Shown here: positions 47,874 through 60,492 of the stretch, in pieces
Layout of the letters: each line of letters starts with the position of its first letter
Numbering within the stretch: the stretch's first letter is position 1
Assembly: GCA_002269645.1 (NCBI GenBank)
Contig: NIVC01003669.1
Coordinates: forward strand, 1-64,000
DNA length: 64,000 bases
Direction of reading: 5' to 3'
Source of the DNA: Macrostomum lignano
Lineage: Eukaryota
Notes under the pieces: model-generated
What the model was told of the DNA's origin: nothing
Seen by the model: only the letters and a program-made list of their open reading frames with translations
The model's database searches: none
Made by a program: the position numbers and the translations under genes

Positions 47874-48378
47874 CTTCTCGGCGGAGAGCGGCTGCCGCAT
47901 ATAGTATCTCTCCCGCTCCGTGGCCCGATCGTAGCTCTCCCTGTATTCGTCAATGGTCACGGTCAGGTCCAGCTGATAGGTGGTGGTGCTGAATGGTGAC
48001 GAATCCGCGCCTGGATCAGCCGACACGGCTGCCGGCTGTTGCGACTCTTTCGGAAAGAATTCCGTAGTTAAAGGAAGACAGAGCGGCATCATGAGGGTCT
48101 TCCAGTCCATGCCAATCGGTCGCAGGAAGCTTTCAACGCCGCCATCGTCATCGGCTGTGGGCTCGGAGATGTCGGTGCCGCTGGTGATGCTAGGCGAGTC
48201 TAGCTGCTGCTGCTGTTGAAGGTCGTGCAGCGGCAGACTGGACGGCACCTGCTGCTGATCGGAAATCGACAGTTTGGAAGCTTCGCCATCGCCGAAGTGC
48301 TCCAATTCATCGTCTCTGTGGTTGCCGTTGGCGTCATCGTCGTGAGCTCGAGAGGATGGCGAACTGCGGCCGCTGGCT
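47874..48378 (-). CDS. DEPDC5: DEPDC5 exon 6 (GMDWKTLMMPLCLPLTTEFFP)
   Basis: Matches [21 protein letters not shown]; phase 2->0. Confidence 0.9.
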
Positions 48379-48454
48379 CTGAGGTGTAATAATATGCAAC
48401 TATGGTTAACAACTTCATTTGTAGGAGTGAGAATCAACTGAGAAATTGATTCTC

Positions 48455-48765
48455 CCTACATGTAGAAGAATCCAACAGGGAAATCTCCATAGGAGAATCC
48501 AACAGGGGAATCCCCATAAGAGAGTCTACCATGGGAATCCCCAAGAGAATCCAACAGAGGAACCCCCTTAAGGAGAATCAAATAGGGAAGTCCCTCAAGA
48601 GAATCCAACATGGGAACCTCCAAAGAGAATCCAACATGTGGATCCCCTCAAGAGAATCCAACATGTGGATCCCCTCAAGAGAATCCAACAGGGGAATCCC
48701 CTCAAGAGAATCCAACATGGGGAATCTGCTTAAAAGAATCCAACAGGGGAATCCCTTGAAAAAGG
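48455..48765. repeat. Intronic minisatellite, 27-bp unit AGAGAATCCAACATGTGGATCCCCTCA
   Basis: Direct reading. Confidence 0.88.
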
Positions 48766-48770
48766 ACCAC

Positions 48771-49441
48771 ATATAGCTGCGGCAGAACGGCATGGCAACC
48801 CTAGACAGTGAATCTGCAAACCTGGAAGGCGTGGACATAGCGGTAGTCAGCTGACTGGGAGACACGGCTGGACTCGATGGCGCCGACTCTTCGACGAGCT
48901 GGAAGGACACGTGCAGCTGCTGCTGCTGCTGCGCAGTGACAATGTCGCCGCCGCCACTGTTCTGCCGCGACAGCGCCGATGGGGGCGCCGATACTGAGGA
49001 CGGCGAGGAAGACAATTGCGCGAACGACTGCAGCGGCGTCGGCGGCGGGGCTGGCGGCGGCAACTGCTGCGGCGGCACCTGCTGCTGGACAGCAACCAGG
49101 TTACCGGGAGCGGCTAGATCTGGTCGCTTTCCCTGTTTTGAAAGAAGAAGCTGCTTCTGCTGCTGTTGTTGTTGCTGCTGTTGATGTTGCTGCCGCTGAT
49201 GCCGCCGTTGCTGCAGAACCCGATGCTGCTGTTGGCCGCGGTGCTGAGACCGCGGCGAAGAAGCGCCGGAGCCGGCAGCAGTGACGCCGGTCGGCGGAGG
49301 CTCCGGGAAGGCGTGCATCCAACGGCGCCGATTGGCCGTCACCCGCTGCTGCTGGTTGTTCAAGCGGCTGGCAGCGAACGGGTTCACCAGGGCTTTGCGG
49401 GGCACAAAGCTGCGACTGGTGAGGTGGTGCACCGGAACCTC
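48771..49441 (-). CDS. DEPDC5: DEPDC5 exon 5 (ALVNPFAASR...TANRRRWMHAFP)
   Basis: Matches ALINPFAPSR...TSNRRRWMHTFP. The GTGGTC donor is chosen by phase (2). Confidence 0.82.
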
Positions 49442-49489
49442 CTGCGGCGGCGAGTGAGGAGCAATGACAATTGGTGACATACAATGCCA

Positions 49490-49900
49490 GCGTGACCCAA
49501 ATCACAGCTACCTACTGACAAACACAAGGTACCCCAATACCCACAGACAAGGTGTAATGGTTTTATTCCTTGCCTTATTGGCAGTCATTGAACTGGTATC
49601 GTATTGACAAATATTTTGCTGAATAATTGTAATGTACGTTCGCTCTCTCTATGTACATCGTTGACTCGCATAAATATAGCCATCACTGCCGCACGGGGCC
49701 TTCGTTGATATTTACACTGCCAAATACTGCGCGCTACAAAGGTACCCCAATACCCACAGACAAGGTACCCCAATACCCACTGACAAGGTACCCCAATACC
49801 CACTGACAAGGTACCCCAATACCCACTGACAAGGTATCCCTAATACCCACTTACAAGGTACCCCAATACCTGCTGGCAACGTACCCTAAGCACCTGCTGA
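49490..49900. repeat. Intronic minisatellite, 23-bp unit CAAGGTACCCCAATACCCACTGA (interrupted)
   Basis: Direct reading. Confidence 0.85.
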
Positions 49901-49916
49901 CAAATCACCCACCCAC

Positions 49917-50497
49917 CTGTGAGCCGACTTTTAGCCGCGCCGGCTGTCCCCGCGGGCCGTCCGCTCCAACACCGACGCCAACAGTGCCGGTCCCAAAGTC
50001 GGCGTCCTCGCAGGAGCCGCTGGCGGCCGCGGCAGCCGATGTGGCGGATAGCGAGTCGTCAGAATTCGACAGCCGCATGCTGGACAGTCGGGCAGACCGA
50101 CGCTTCTGCTGATACGGAATGACGACGCCGGCATCTTCGACAGCGGCGTCGGCACCAGTCAGCTTGCCGCGAAAGGAGATGCCGCGAGACCTAGGCGGCT
50201 GCGAGGCTGGAGGTTGATGCGACAGCAGCTGGGACTGAGGCGGCGAGGCGGCAATGCTGCTGCCAGACGGAATTGTTGGCTGGTTCGGGTGATGGCTGAT
50301 GGCCCGTTGGAAACTCACTTTACCTTGGCGCTCGGTGCCCCAGGGCGTAGGGCGGGACTTGCCAAAGCTGAATATCGCCTCGTCGTAGGCGTCCAAATCG
50401 AATGCGAGACGATTGCGCGAAGGCGCCAGCTTGTACTCCGGGTAGCCTGAGTGCCGGTGTTCGGTAGGAAAGCTGCGCATCGCTGGCATCGCACTTC
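49917..50497 (-). CDS. DEPDC5: DEPDC5 exon 4 (DLDAYDEAIF...)
   Basis: Matches DYDAYDAQVF; phase 1->0. Confidence 0.82.
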
Positions 50498-50544
50498 CTA
50501 ACCAGCTGCTCGAATTGGCTAGTCTAATTACAACTCTAATCTCC

Positions 50545-50790
50545 TCTCATTGGTCAGCTTAGAGCCCACAAACCTTCATTGTCCTTCCTCTCATTGGCCA
50601 GCCCGCACACTGCTTCTCTCATTGGCCAGCCCACACACTCCTTCTCTTATTGGCCAGCCCACACACTTCTCTCATTGGCCAGCCCACCCACTTCTCTCAT
50701 TGGCCAGCCCACACACTTCTCATTGGCCAGCCCACACACTCATCCTCTCATTGGCCAGCCCACACACTCCTTCTCTCATTGGCCAGCCCG
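50545..50790. repeat. Intronic minisatellite, 22-26-bp unit TCTCATTGGCCAGCCCACACAC
   Basis: Direct reading. Confidence 0.9.
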
Positions 50791-50797
50791 CACTTAC

Positions 50798-51527
50798 CGT
50801 CCCCGTCAGTCGGGCCCTCCCCATCGGCGTATCTAATTTGAATTCTCGGCACAAAGCCGCACGAGTGCAGAGCCAGCATTTCGCTAGGCGACCGATAGAA
50901 ATGATGATTAATCCAATGCGGTATGTTGTAGGTGTCGCCCAGATCAACGTCGCTGTGAGACTTGCGTATGAATCTCAGCAGAGGCACAGCGTGCAGCGGC
51001 TGCTCTCCCAAACAGATTAGATCAATACTGACTCCCAGATCCAGAATCCTCTGCTTAGTCAGATTCATCAATTCTCTATCAACTTCGAATATTCCCTGAC
51101 CGGGCGTTATTACAAAACAGTTCTTCCCGGTTCGATCGAAATTCCTATCAATATAGTACTTCTGGTAGTGATTCAAGGTCATGTTCAGAGTCTCCAAGAA
51201 GCTGCCACGAGATGCCGGCATCAGGGTAGCCGGCGGCGGCGATACCTTCTGAGTTAATTTGTCAGCATAGAAATTTTTAACCGAATTTCCGTACTCTTTA
51301 AATATGCTTTTCAATTCGGTCAGCACAGAGGCCCATTCGTCAGTCATGTAGCGCTCGTTTTGAACTACAACTCTGTAGAAATCTTCGTATAGTAAAGTGC
51401 CGCCATTGAACTGGGCCTTCTGCACTGTGCCACTGCTGCGCATGGTCTCGGGTAGCGAGTTGAAGCCACCGGCGGCGTGGTACTGCACCCGGCTGAATAG
51501 TACAATTGTCACGTCGTGACAGCACGC
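50798..51527 (-). CDS. DEPDC5: DEPDC5 exon 3 (SABA: YEDFYRVVVQNER, RNFDRTG, EQPLHAVPL, YNIPHWINH)
   Basis: Diagnostic motifs; GTAAGT donor, phase 0->1. Confidence 0.95.
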
Positions 51528-51597
51528 CTGCAGCAGGAATTTTACACGGAATTCTATTTCGACATGAAAATAAATAGAATTAAAGATAAGCGGCATT

Positions 51598-51910
51598 TTA
51601 TCACACAGATCATAGGGAACCGGCAGTCCATCACACAGGTCATAGGGAACCGGCAGTCCATCACACAGGTCATAGGGAACCGGCAGTCCATCACACAGAT
51701 CATAGGGAACCGGCAGTCCATCACACAGGTCATAGGGAACCGGCAGTCCATCACACAGATCATAGGGAACCGGCAGTCCATCACACAGGTCATAGGGAAC
51801 CGGCAGTCCATCACACAGGTCATAGGGAACCGGCAGTCCATCACACAGGTCATAGGGAACCGGCAGTCCATCACACAGATCATAGGGAACCGGCAGTCCA
51901 TCACACAGAC
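51598..51910. repeat. Intronic minisatellite, 30-bp unit CATAGGGAACCGGCAGTCCATCACACAG(G/A)T
   Basis: About 10 near-identical copies. Confidence 0.96.
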
Positions 51911-51959
51911 CTCAGTACACTTACAAACAAAGACCTTCAGACCAACAGTGCGTCCTCAC

Positions 51960-52343
51960 CTGCTTGCCCCAGCGCGAGAACAGCTCGGGCAGGAAGCCGG
52001 AAACGCACTTTTCAAAGTACAGATCGCCAAATGGATCAAATTGCCACATCTCTTCAGACATCTGTATGAAGATGTGCACAACTGAGCTAGTTGATCTGTA
52101 CACAAATCTGGTGTGCTGGCCAACGAAGCCGCAGGATGTCCCAGTGCCATTGCGCCACATCAGGCCCACGGTACCCCGCGGGCTGCCCAAGAATTCCAGC
52201 TTTTTGCCTTCGTACAGGGCACACTGCCGCTGCGACTCGGCGAACTGGTAGAAATCACCGCGGCCAAGGTAGACATCTTTGATTATTATTTCCACTAGGT
52301 CTACGGTCACGCATTCCTGCGACACCTGCCGAACTTGCACTTC
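51960..52343 (-). CDS. DEPDC5: DEPDC5 exon 2 (...YLGRGD...IFIQMSEEMWQFD..GDLYFEK)
   Basis: Near-identical to [22 protein letters not shown]. Confidence 0.95.
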
Positions 52344-52369
52344 CTGGGAAGGAAGGTTGGATAATTATG

Positions 52370-52866
52370 AGAACAGCCCCCAGATACCAGACAGAACAGC
52401 CCCCCCCCTTCCAGATACCAGACAGAACAGCCCCCCCCCTTCCAGATACCAGACAGAACAGCCCCCCCCCCTCCCAGATACCAGACAGAACAGCCCCCCC
52501 CCCAGATACCAGACAGAACAGCCCCCCCCCTCCCAGATACCAGACAGAACAGCCCCCCCCCCAGATACCAGACAGAACAGCCCCCCCCTCCCAGATACCA
52601 GACAGAACAGCCCCCCCCTCCCAGATACCAGACAGAACAGCCCCCCCCTCCCAGACAGAACAGCCCTCCCTCCCAGATACCAGACAGAACAGCCCCCCTC
52701 CCAGATACCAGACAGAACAGCCCCCCCCCAGATATCAGACAGAACAGCCCCCCCCCTCCCAGATACCAGACAGAACAGCCCCCCCCCCCCGATACCAGAC
52801 AGAACAGCCCCCCCCCCCAGATACCAGACAGAACAGCCCCCCCTCCCAGATACCAGACAGAACAGC
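52370..52866. repeat. Intronic minisatellite CCAGATACCAGACAGAACAG(C)n
   Basis: Direct reading; variable C-run. Confidence 0.95.
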
Positions 52867-52874
52867 CATCGAAC

Positions 52875-53112
52875 CTGGAACTTCTTGAGGCCAAAATTCG
52901 AAGCTAGCGCAGTATCCAAGCTGATGGAGTCCTTCTGGGCAAAGTCGTCTTTCAGACACCGAATCTGCACCAGAAAGGCGGCCTTCTGCCCGCCAGTTGG
53001 TGGAATAATTTCTAACAAGCCGCCGGAACGCAGTTCCGGGAACTCTCGCGGATTAACCAGCACTTCATCGTCTATTGAAGACGATTGTTGTTGTTGCTGC
53101 TGCTGCTGTTGT

Positions 53113-53148
<36 letters not shown>

Positions 53149-53273
53149 GGTTCCGTACGCTTATGAAGCAGAACTTTTAATGTGCGAGCAGCTGAATTGA
53201 CTATTTGCTGATGTTGCTGTTGCTGATGATGATACAGCGGCTGCTGACGAACTCGATTCAAGTTTGATGTCAT
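52875..53273 (-). CDS. DEPDC5: DEPDC5 exon 1 (NTD: DDEVLVNPREFP...FGLKKFQ)
   Basis: Matches DDELVVNPKVFP; ATG in aaaaATG; 399 nt. Confidence 0.9.
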
Positions 53274-53384
53274 TTTTATGGCTATTCAAATAAACATTAA
53301 ATCGCAGTTTTGAACGATCAAAAACTTGTGAAGCAGAAAATTTTTTATTGACAATTTTGTCCTTCGTTTCTAGGAATAATCAGG

Positions 53385-54050
53385 GGTCTCGGTCACGAGT
53401 AATCTGGGGTCTGGGTCACGAGTAATCAGGAGTCTGGGTCACGAGTGATCAGGAGTCTGGGTCACGAGTGATCAGGAGTCTGGGTCACGAGTGATCAGAA
53501 ATCTGGGTCACGAGTGATCAGGAGTCTGGGTCACGAGTGATCAGGAGTCTGGGTCACGAGTGATCAGGAGTCTGGGTCACGAGTGATCAGAAATCTGGGT
53601 CACGAGTGATCAGGAGTCTGGGTCACGAGTGATCAGGAGTCTGGGTCACGAGTGATCAGGAGTCTAGGTCACGAGTGATCAGGAGTCTGGGTCACGAGTG
53701 ATCAAGAGTCTGGGTCACGAGTGATCAGGGGTCTGGGTCACAAGTGATCAGGAGTCTGGGTCACGAGTGATCAGGAGTCTAGGTCACGAGTGATCAGGGG
53801 TCTGGGTCACAAGTGATCAGGAGTCTGGGTCACGAGTGATCAGGGGTCTGGGTCACGAGTGATCAGGAGTCTGGGTCACGAGTGATCAGGAGTCTGGGTC
53901 ACGAGTGATCAGGGGTCTGGGTCACAAGTGATCAGGAGTCTGGGTCACGAGTGATCAGGGGTCTGGGTCACGAGTGATCAGGAGTCTGGGTCACGAGTGA
54001 TCAGGAGTCTAGGTCACGAGTGATCAGGGGTCTCGGTCACGAGTGATCAG
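53385..54050. repeat. Minisatellite upstream of DEPDC5, 23-bp unit TCTGGGTCACGAGTGATCAGGAG
   Basis: About 29 copies. Confidence 0.96.
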
Positions 54051-54334
54051 AGGTCTGGTTCAAAGGGTCAGGGCTATCCAGGAGTAGATATAATTAGTTG
54101 AATATTTCAAATGAAAAAAATCGAAATCAATTTAATATTTCTGTTATCAAATGCAAAAAATGCCGTCTCATAGCGTTTAGCTTTGAATATCAGCGTGTAT
54201 ATTTCAACATGATTATGATCAGTTTTGCATTTGCATACGTGCAATATATACACACACACTAATTCTCATTGACAGTACAAACCGTAAGCATAAAGTTTGA
54301 TGGGAGATACAGCATAAAATATATCCCTTGAAGA

Positions 54335-54730
54335 ATCAGGGATGGGGTAGCAGCCAGATGGAGGATCAGGGATAGGGTAGCAGCCAGATGGAGGATCAGG
54401 GATGGGGTAGCAGCCAGATGGAGGATCAGGGATGGGGTAGCAGCCAGATGGAGGATCAGGGATAGGGTAGCAGCCAGATGGAGGATCAGGGATGGGGTAG
54501 CGGCCAGATGGAGGATCAGGGATAGGGTAGCAGCCAGATGGAGGATCAGGGATGGGGTAGCGGCCAGATGGAGGATCAGGGATAGGGTAGCGGCCAGATG
54601 GAGGATCAGGGATAGGGTAGCAGCTAGATGGAGGATCAGGGATAGGGTAGCGGCCAGATGGAGGATCAGGGATAGGGTAGCGGCCAGATGGAGGATCAGG
54701 GATAGGGTAGCGGCCAGATGGAGGATGGGG
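54335..54730. repeat. Minisatellite, 30-bp unit GATGGAGGATCAGGGAT(A/G)GGGTAGC(A/G)GCCA
   Basis: About 13 copies, directly 3' of the 54762 stop. Confidence 0.96.
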
Positions 54731-54761
54731 TGGGGTAACCACCAATCCCCTGAAGCAAGGC

Positions 54762-55361
54762 TCATCCCTTTAGCCCAGATTTGGGCCCTCCCGACGCCCC
54801 AGTCAACTTTTTCGCGGAGGCGGCCCGCTTGGCGGCGCGCGCCACATCGGCCTTGATGAAGTCCCGATCCTGACGCCAGGCGTCCAGAAACTCGCCGTCA
54901 TCGTCCAGCTTGGGCCGGGCGGCGAAGAAGTCCAGGCCGAGCTGCACCCCGGCACGCAGAGGATGGAACTCGGCATTGGAGGCTGCCGGAGGTCGCTGCA
55001 GCTGACGCTGCCGACCGGTCGCCGCCGCTGTCCCGTCGTCGTCCTCCTCCTCTCCAAGCCGACCGCCAGTTTGGGGAAATTCAACATCGGCAGATTCGAC
55101 AATTTCGGCGTCCAAATCCAGATCGTCCTCGCCGAAGTCAAAGGCGAATGCGAACTTGGACCCGCCAGGTTCGTCGGGCCTGTTGATATCCAAGCCGGTT
55201 ACTAGACCGTTGCTATGGACGCCAGACCCGTTGCTAGGGTTGTTGTTATTGCTGCTCTCACTACTATGCTTTTTGCTGTTAATTCGGCGCCGTTTTCGGC
55301 TGACATCATCAGCATCTGCCGCAGGCGCAGACGGCAGCTTGGACTTGTCTGTGGTGGCAGG
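54762..55361 (-). CDS. Terminal coding exon of an unidentified gene, weakly NOL8-C-terminus-like
   Basis: TTGCAG acceptor, 199 stop-free GC-rich codons, no Met. The pattern F.F.FGEDD...G.DFF...W...R..+..D...+.KRA recalls NOL8 from memory only. Confidence 0.55.
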   Translation of the reverse strand, partial: PATTDKSKLPSAPAADADDVSRKRRRINSKKHSSESSNNNNPSNGSGVHSNGLVTGLDINRPDEPGGSKFAFAFDFGEDDLDLDAEIVESADVEFPQTGGRLGEEEDDDGTAAATGRQRQLQRPPAASNAEFHPLRAGVQLGLDFFAARPKLDDDGEFLDAWRQDRDFIKADVARAAKRAASAKKLTGASGGPKSGLKG

Positions 55362-55973
55362 CTGCAATCCATTGAGTCAAAATTTCTCATTAATAATTGT
55401 TTTATTAAAGTATTAAAGTAAATTAAAGTACACAGAACTACTATTCTATACAATATTATTACTAGTGTTCCATTGTAGCTACGGCTATGGGCTACGGCTA
55501 CAGGATCTTACAGCAAATATGGTAAAAATAGGTGTCTACGGCAACTACAGATATGCCTATGGTAGATAGCTGCTCTTACAACTACGACTACAGAAATATG
55601 GTAGTTGTTGTCACATTCTGTAGTGTTGTGCCCAGGTGCACTTGCACCAATGAGCAATCTCTGGCTCTCAGTCAAGTGTGTCAGGCACTGCACTTCCACC
55701 CCTCCCGGCCGCATGCCTGCACCAAACCACCCCCATTCTGTTTGTGTCAACCCCCCCATTCTGTCTGCGTCAACCCCCCTCCAGTTGCACCCACCCCACT
55801 GTCTGTTAGGCCAGCCGGCTTTGGCTGGCTGCAGCTCCAGTGTGCCCCCTCGCTCACCCTGTGATTGGCTGGTGGTCCAGCCAATTGGTTTGTATTCTTT
55901 CCCCCTTCCAATTGCGACCCTGACTTTGTAACTTTTATAAGACAATTATAATTTTGGCTAGCTGGGCCTGGTG

Positions 55974-56820
55974 TAGGCATTCCAATCCCGGGATCCCGGG
56001 ATTTAGCCTCAAAACATGGGATTTCAATCCTGGGATTTTTTGGGACTTGAAATTTAAGGATTTATGATCCTTGGGATTACAACAGTGCAGGATTGGGATC
56101 CTGGGATTGTTTCGGGATTCAAACTGATTTTAATTCTCTTTTTTTCAACTAATCGTGTAAAATTTGAAAAAAAGGTTCTACTTTAAAAATATGAAATAAT
56201 ACTACTGCAGCCTGCATGTCTGTATCAAAATCATACATAAAAAGCAGCAAAATTTGTTAGAGCAGTTTGTTAAGCAGAAATATAATTTTTTTTCGTTTTT
56301 GTAAGGTGTAATTTAATTTCACATGTTCCTCAGTTGCCTGATGTCTAACACTGTAACGTGGCATTAAACATGACATTCACTTTGATAATTTACATTGATA
56401 TTGCATAGCTAGCTATATAACCTATATTAAAGCAAGTTATTATTGTTGTAATCAATTATTATCAATTATCTTTTATGGATAAATATTATTTATTATTATT
56501 AAACAATTTTCTATTTTTACTTGTACAATAACTAAGCAAAGAGAAGTTTATTGTATAAATATACCAGTTTGGACCATTAGCTATCATTATAAATATCATA
56601 ATTATACTTTGTGGTTGTGGTGGAAGCTGGATACAGATGTTTCAATACATTTGATATTGGGATCCCAGTATCCTAGGATTTTTTTGAACTTTGAAGCGGG
56701 ATCCCGGGATTACTTTCAGTCGGGATTTTCTGGGATTAGTGATCCCAGGATTTTAAACCATCAGGATTTCAAGATTTTTCAATCCTGGGATTGTAAATTG
56801 TCGGGATTTTGGAATCCCTA
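55974..56820. mobile_element. hAT-type non-autonomous element
   Basis: TIRs TAGGCATTCCAATCCCG / CGGGATTTTGGAATCCCTA; 8-bp TSD GCCTGGTG/GCCTGGTT; GGGATT subterminal repeats. Confidence 0.8.
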
Positions 56821-57421
56821 GCCTGGTTTAGCAATACCCCAGGGCTCAACCAGCTAGCATAAATATAAATGTATGCAGGAGTGGTGGTAGGGGAGGCATC
56901 TTTTTGGTTGAATTGTGCAAGACATAGCCATAAGTGATGCCATCTTTAGCTTATTCACTGTGATAATCAGAGTCACCATCAATAGTCATAATAATAATAA
57001 TACACATCTCTTGGCTAAGAAATTGCTTATTGCTCATTGCTAAAAGGATTAAATATAAAAACATGCCTTTTTATATATGTCAAACAGACATTTTGACTTG
57101 AAGTGAATTGTAAAAATGCTAGAGAAAAAACTGACTGACTGAATTCTAATAAAGATTATATCCAGTGCTAGGCAAGTTTATCAATTTTTTTAACTCGTTA
57201 AAAGTTAAAAAGTTAATTTAATTGCTCCAAAATAATTAATTGTAACTAGTTAATTATTTAACTTTTGCCCAAACTTTAACTTCTAAAAAGTTAAAAGTTA
57301 AAGTTAATAATTCCCTAACAGAAAAAGTGACATTTTCATGGACATGTGTTCGGTGTGTTTTTTAAATTTCAGGTTGGTGCGGCGCGGCTGTGGCCAGGTC
57401 GCGGCGCACTGGGGAGCTTGT

Positions 57422-58385
57422 CAGGGAATACTCCCCTGGGAATTAGACCGGGGACCCTGGGGAGAAAAAAAGCATTTTTAACTAAATTTTTGCCATTTAA
57501 ATAAGAAAATATTCACAGAAAGCTGATTGAAACTCTGTCTATGCTTTTTTACCATAAAACTGCTTATTTTAATGTATTATTTCAAACACAACACAAATTT
57601 GAATGGGGGGGTTCATAAGACCCAAATTTCACAACGCCGAAACACCATACTTCACAAGACTGAAACTTCATAAGACCAAAATTTCACATTGTAGAAAACT
57701 TTACAATAAGGATTGTATTGCATGCAGAATTTTTGGCGTTGTGAAATTTCGGTCTTATGAAATTAGCAACCCGTTTGAATGTTTTTTTTTTCACTATGAG
57801 TCTTTCAATCAAGCAAATTGAATGTACGAGCATAGAAACCTGTCAGGAAAAAGAAGCCTTACTGACTATTGTGTTGGTCTACGTTGATGGCTTGACACAT
57901 TTGACGCAGACACAGCGCCATATCCTGTGTCAGTCACTGACGCATAGGGGGGTGTCATACAATCACAAAATACTCCGTATTAGACAGACAAAATGGTGAT
58001 TTACATGTATCTGCAAGAAATTAAAATTCCAATTATAAAAACAGTCTCATTCATTAATTATCCTCCCATGAGTGCAGCTGCTGAGTATGCATTTTCTGCC
58101 TCTGGAGTCTGGACCCTTTCTGATAAAGGTGCGGACACGATTTGGTGATGCCATGTTGTCAAATACAGTTTTAAACAAACATTGCTTAAAGTTTTTACCC
58201 TTGCGCCTTGAATATGTAGTCCATCCAAAGCTTTAATCAAAGTTTAAAAAATGCCACTTAGTGACTTATAAAGATCTAAGTTATCGGCCGTTTTTTACTT
58301 ATTTTTTTCCCCGGGGTTCCCAGGGAATGACAGTAAATTCCCCAGGTCCCCAATAAGAAAATTCCCTGGGGAATCGACATCCCTA
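57422..58385 (+). mobile_element. Degenerate hAT deletion derivative with a transposase dimerisation-domain remnant (about 58062-58170)
   Basis: Imperfect CAGGGAA..CCCCTGGGAATT / AATTCCCTGGGGAATCGACATCCCTA ends. PPMSAAAEYAFSASG and, frameshifted, KVRTRFGD resemble the hAT PxTSxxxERxFS...RxRL motif. No TSD found. Confidence 0.6.
57606..57773. mobile_element. 168-bp MITE nested in the hAT elements
   Basis: About 27-bp TIR TTCATAAGACC.AAATTTCACAACGCC; exact 8-bp TSD TTTGAATG. Confidence 0.75.
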
Positions 58386-58803
58386 TGTACAACGATAACT
58401 TCTAGTAGTCCTTGGGTAGAATATCAATAGATAATAGTTGAAGATTCCAGAATCTTCCGGAATATTCTATACATTATAACTTGTAACTGAAATATATACA
58501 TGTAATAGTTTGTGATGCATTAAATAATGCTTAGAAAGGCAAAGTTATTTTATGTATGTATTAATTTTACTTTTTAATGGCATACAAGCTGTTGAAACCC
58601 GCGGATTTTGAACCCGGGGAACTACATTTCCCGGAATTATTAACTTTTGTCATTTAACTTTAACTTACAGAAAAAATTTTATGATTTTTGTTAACTAGTT
58701 AATACATAAAAAATTTAACGAAAATTTAACGATTTTTTAAAAAATTTAACTAGTTAATTAACTAGTTAAACAATTAACTAGTTAATGCCCAGCACTGATT
58801 ATA

Positions 58804-60492
58804 GGGTTATTCCATGATAGGGTCATCAAAGGTATAGAAATTTTTTTAAAAAATTATTTGCAAATGTGAATATTTCATTTTGCATATAATTATGTATAGT
58901 TTCATTTTTATGTAGTTTCATACACATTTATCTACCTCTAGGTATATATATTTTGTTTTGATCATGGTACCCTTACAAGATTTTAAATGTCCCGCGGGAC
59001 ATTATAAAAAGTTTAATCTAGTTTTCAATAAGAAAAAAAGTTAATCAACATAATGCATCAAGTGCATAAATAATAAAAATCTTTCTTTCTTATATCTAAA
59101 GACTGAAATTATAAAATTTTATGATCTAATATAGTTCTATCTATCATAATTTTTTATTTCAAAAAGTTTGACTTCCCTTTTTTAAGTGTTAAAAACGACC
59201 ATCATTTTTTTTTTACAAAAAGTTGTTGTACTAATTTTCAAGAGGTTTATAAGTTGATAATTTTTTGCTAAAATATTTTCTGAGCCTATATTTAAGTTTA
59301 TAGTCATTTTTGTTAGTTTATGATAAGTGTAACATGCTAAAAAAACCCTGCAAAGTTACCTAACGACCATCATTTTCTGGTATTCTGAAATTTGTTGATC
59401 TTCATAAAACCTGAATTACTATCATTTATTCCTAAATTTTATACAAAAAACTGAATTTACTGATATTCTAAAATCATGTATTTTTTAATGTGAATTACTT
59501 ATTCAATTTCTCTTTCAAAGTTTTTACAGTTTTGATTGTAAAGAAAAATATAGTGGAATTCAAGTCTTTTATTAAAAATGTATACTGTCAATTACTTGTT
59601 TGATACCTTAAAATCATTTTCAACCTGCACTATTAAAAAGGTTGTTCCAATTACTAACCATGCACCTAGAACTCTCCACTTTAGTTTGCAATGCACCTTA
59701 ACACATGCCCCAATCTTCAGCATAAGTAGTCTAACTAGACTCAAGTTTTTACTATCCATTGGTGCTACTGCTTATTGCCTAACAAATAATCTGTATTTGC
59801 CTTTGGTTTTGTTAATTGTTATATTCTATTCTTTGAATTCTTGAATAGATTAGGACTGTCCATCTTTATGATCATATGTTGAGTTGTGCAATCATGAAGT
59901 GATGTTTTTGTTGAAGGTGCATAAGTACATTTGATCTGAAATGTGAAACAGGTATAATAAATTTTATGGTTAGACAAGCAAGTTATAGTTTTTATATGAA
60001 CAACTATGGATTATAAACAATCTTTTAACCAAGATTGTATCTAAAAATAGAGAATCCTAATACACTTTTTAAAACTGAAGGTCGTTTTTTTGAAACAAAC
60101 GACCGTCAGTCAACGACCGTCATTTAAGAAAAAATGTGCAACACAGTTAAAGTTATCTACTAAAATGTAATAATTGTTTGTAACCATTCATCTAGCTATT
60201 GTTTACTACAATTAATGATCAATTGAGACAAAAACTTGCCTGATTCGCAGGAATCTTAAACTTAAGTTATAAAGTTAGATACATAAACTTTCACCAAAAA
60301 CAACCGTCATCAAAAGTTTCTCTCTGCTAAATCAACACAGTAAGACAAATGACTTTAAAATGTATCTCATCTTAATCTAGAGGTCACGCCCATAAATATA
60401 GAACTCACAAAGTCTCAATTTAGTTTGTCTTTTGTATGATTACTGATTAATATTTTCTCCAACCCAACGACCGTCATCTCGTGGAATTACCC
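58804..60492. mobile_element. Unclassified DNA element with GGG...CCC ends and TATA target duplication
   Basis: GGGTTATTCCATGA / TCGTGGAATTACCC (12/14 inverted), flanked by TATA on both sides; internal AACGACC(A/G)TCA repeats. Confidence 0.65.

Larger units (their letters stand above)
57163..58797. mobile_element. hAT-type non-autonomous element (outer element of a nest)
   Basis: TIRs CAGTGCTAGGCA / TGCCCAGCACTG; TTAAC-rich subtermini; 8-bp TSD ATTATATC, fully restored once 58804-60496 is removed. Confidence 0.78.
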
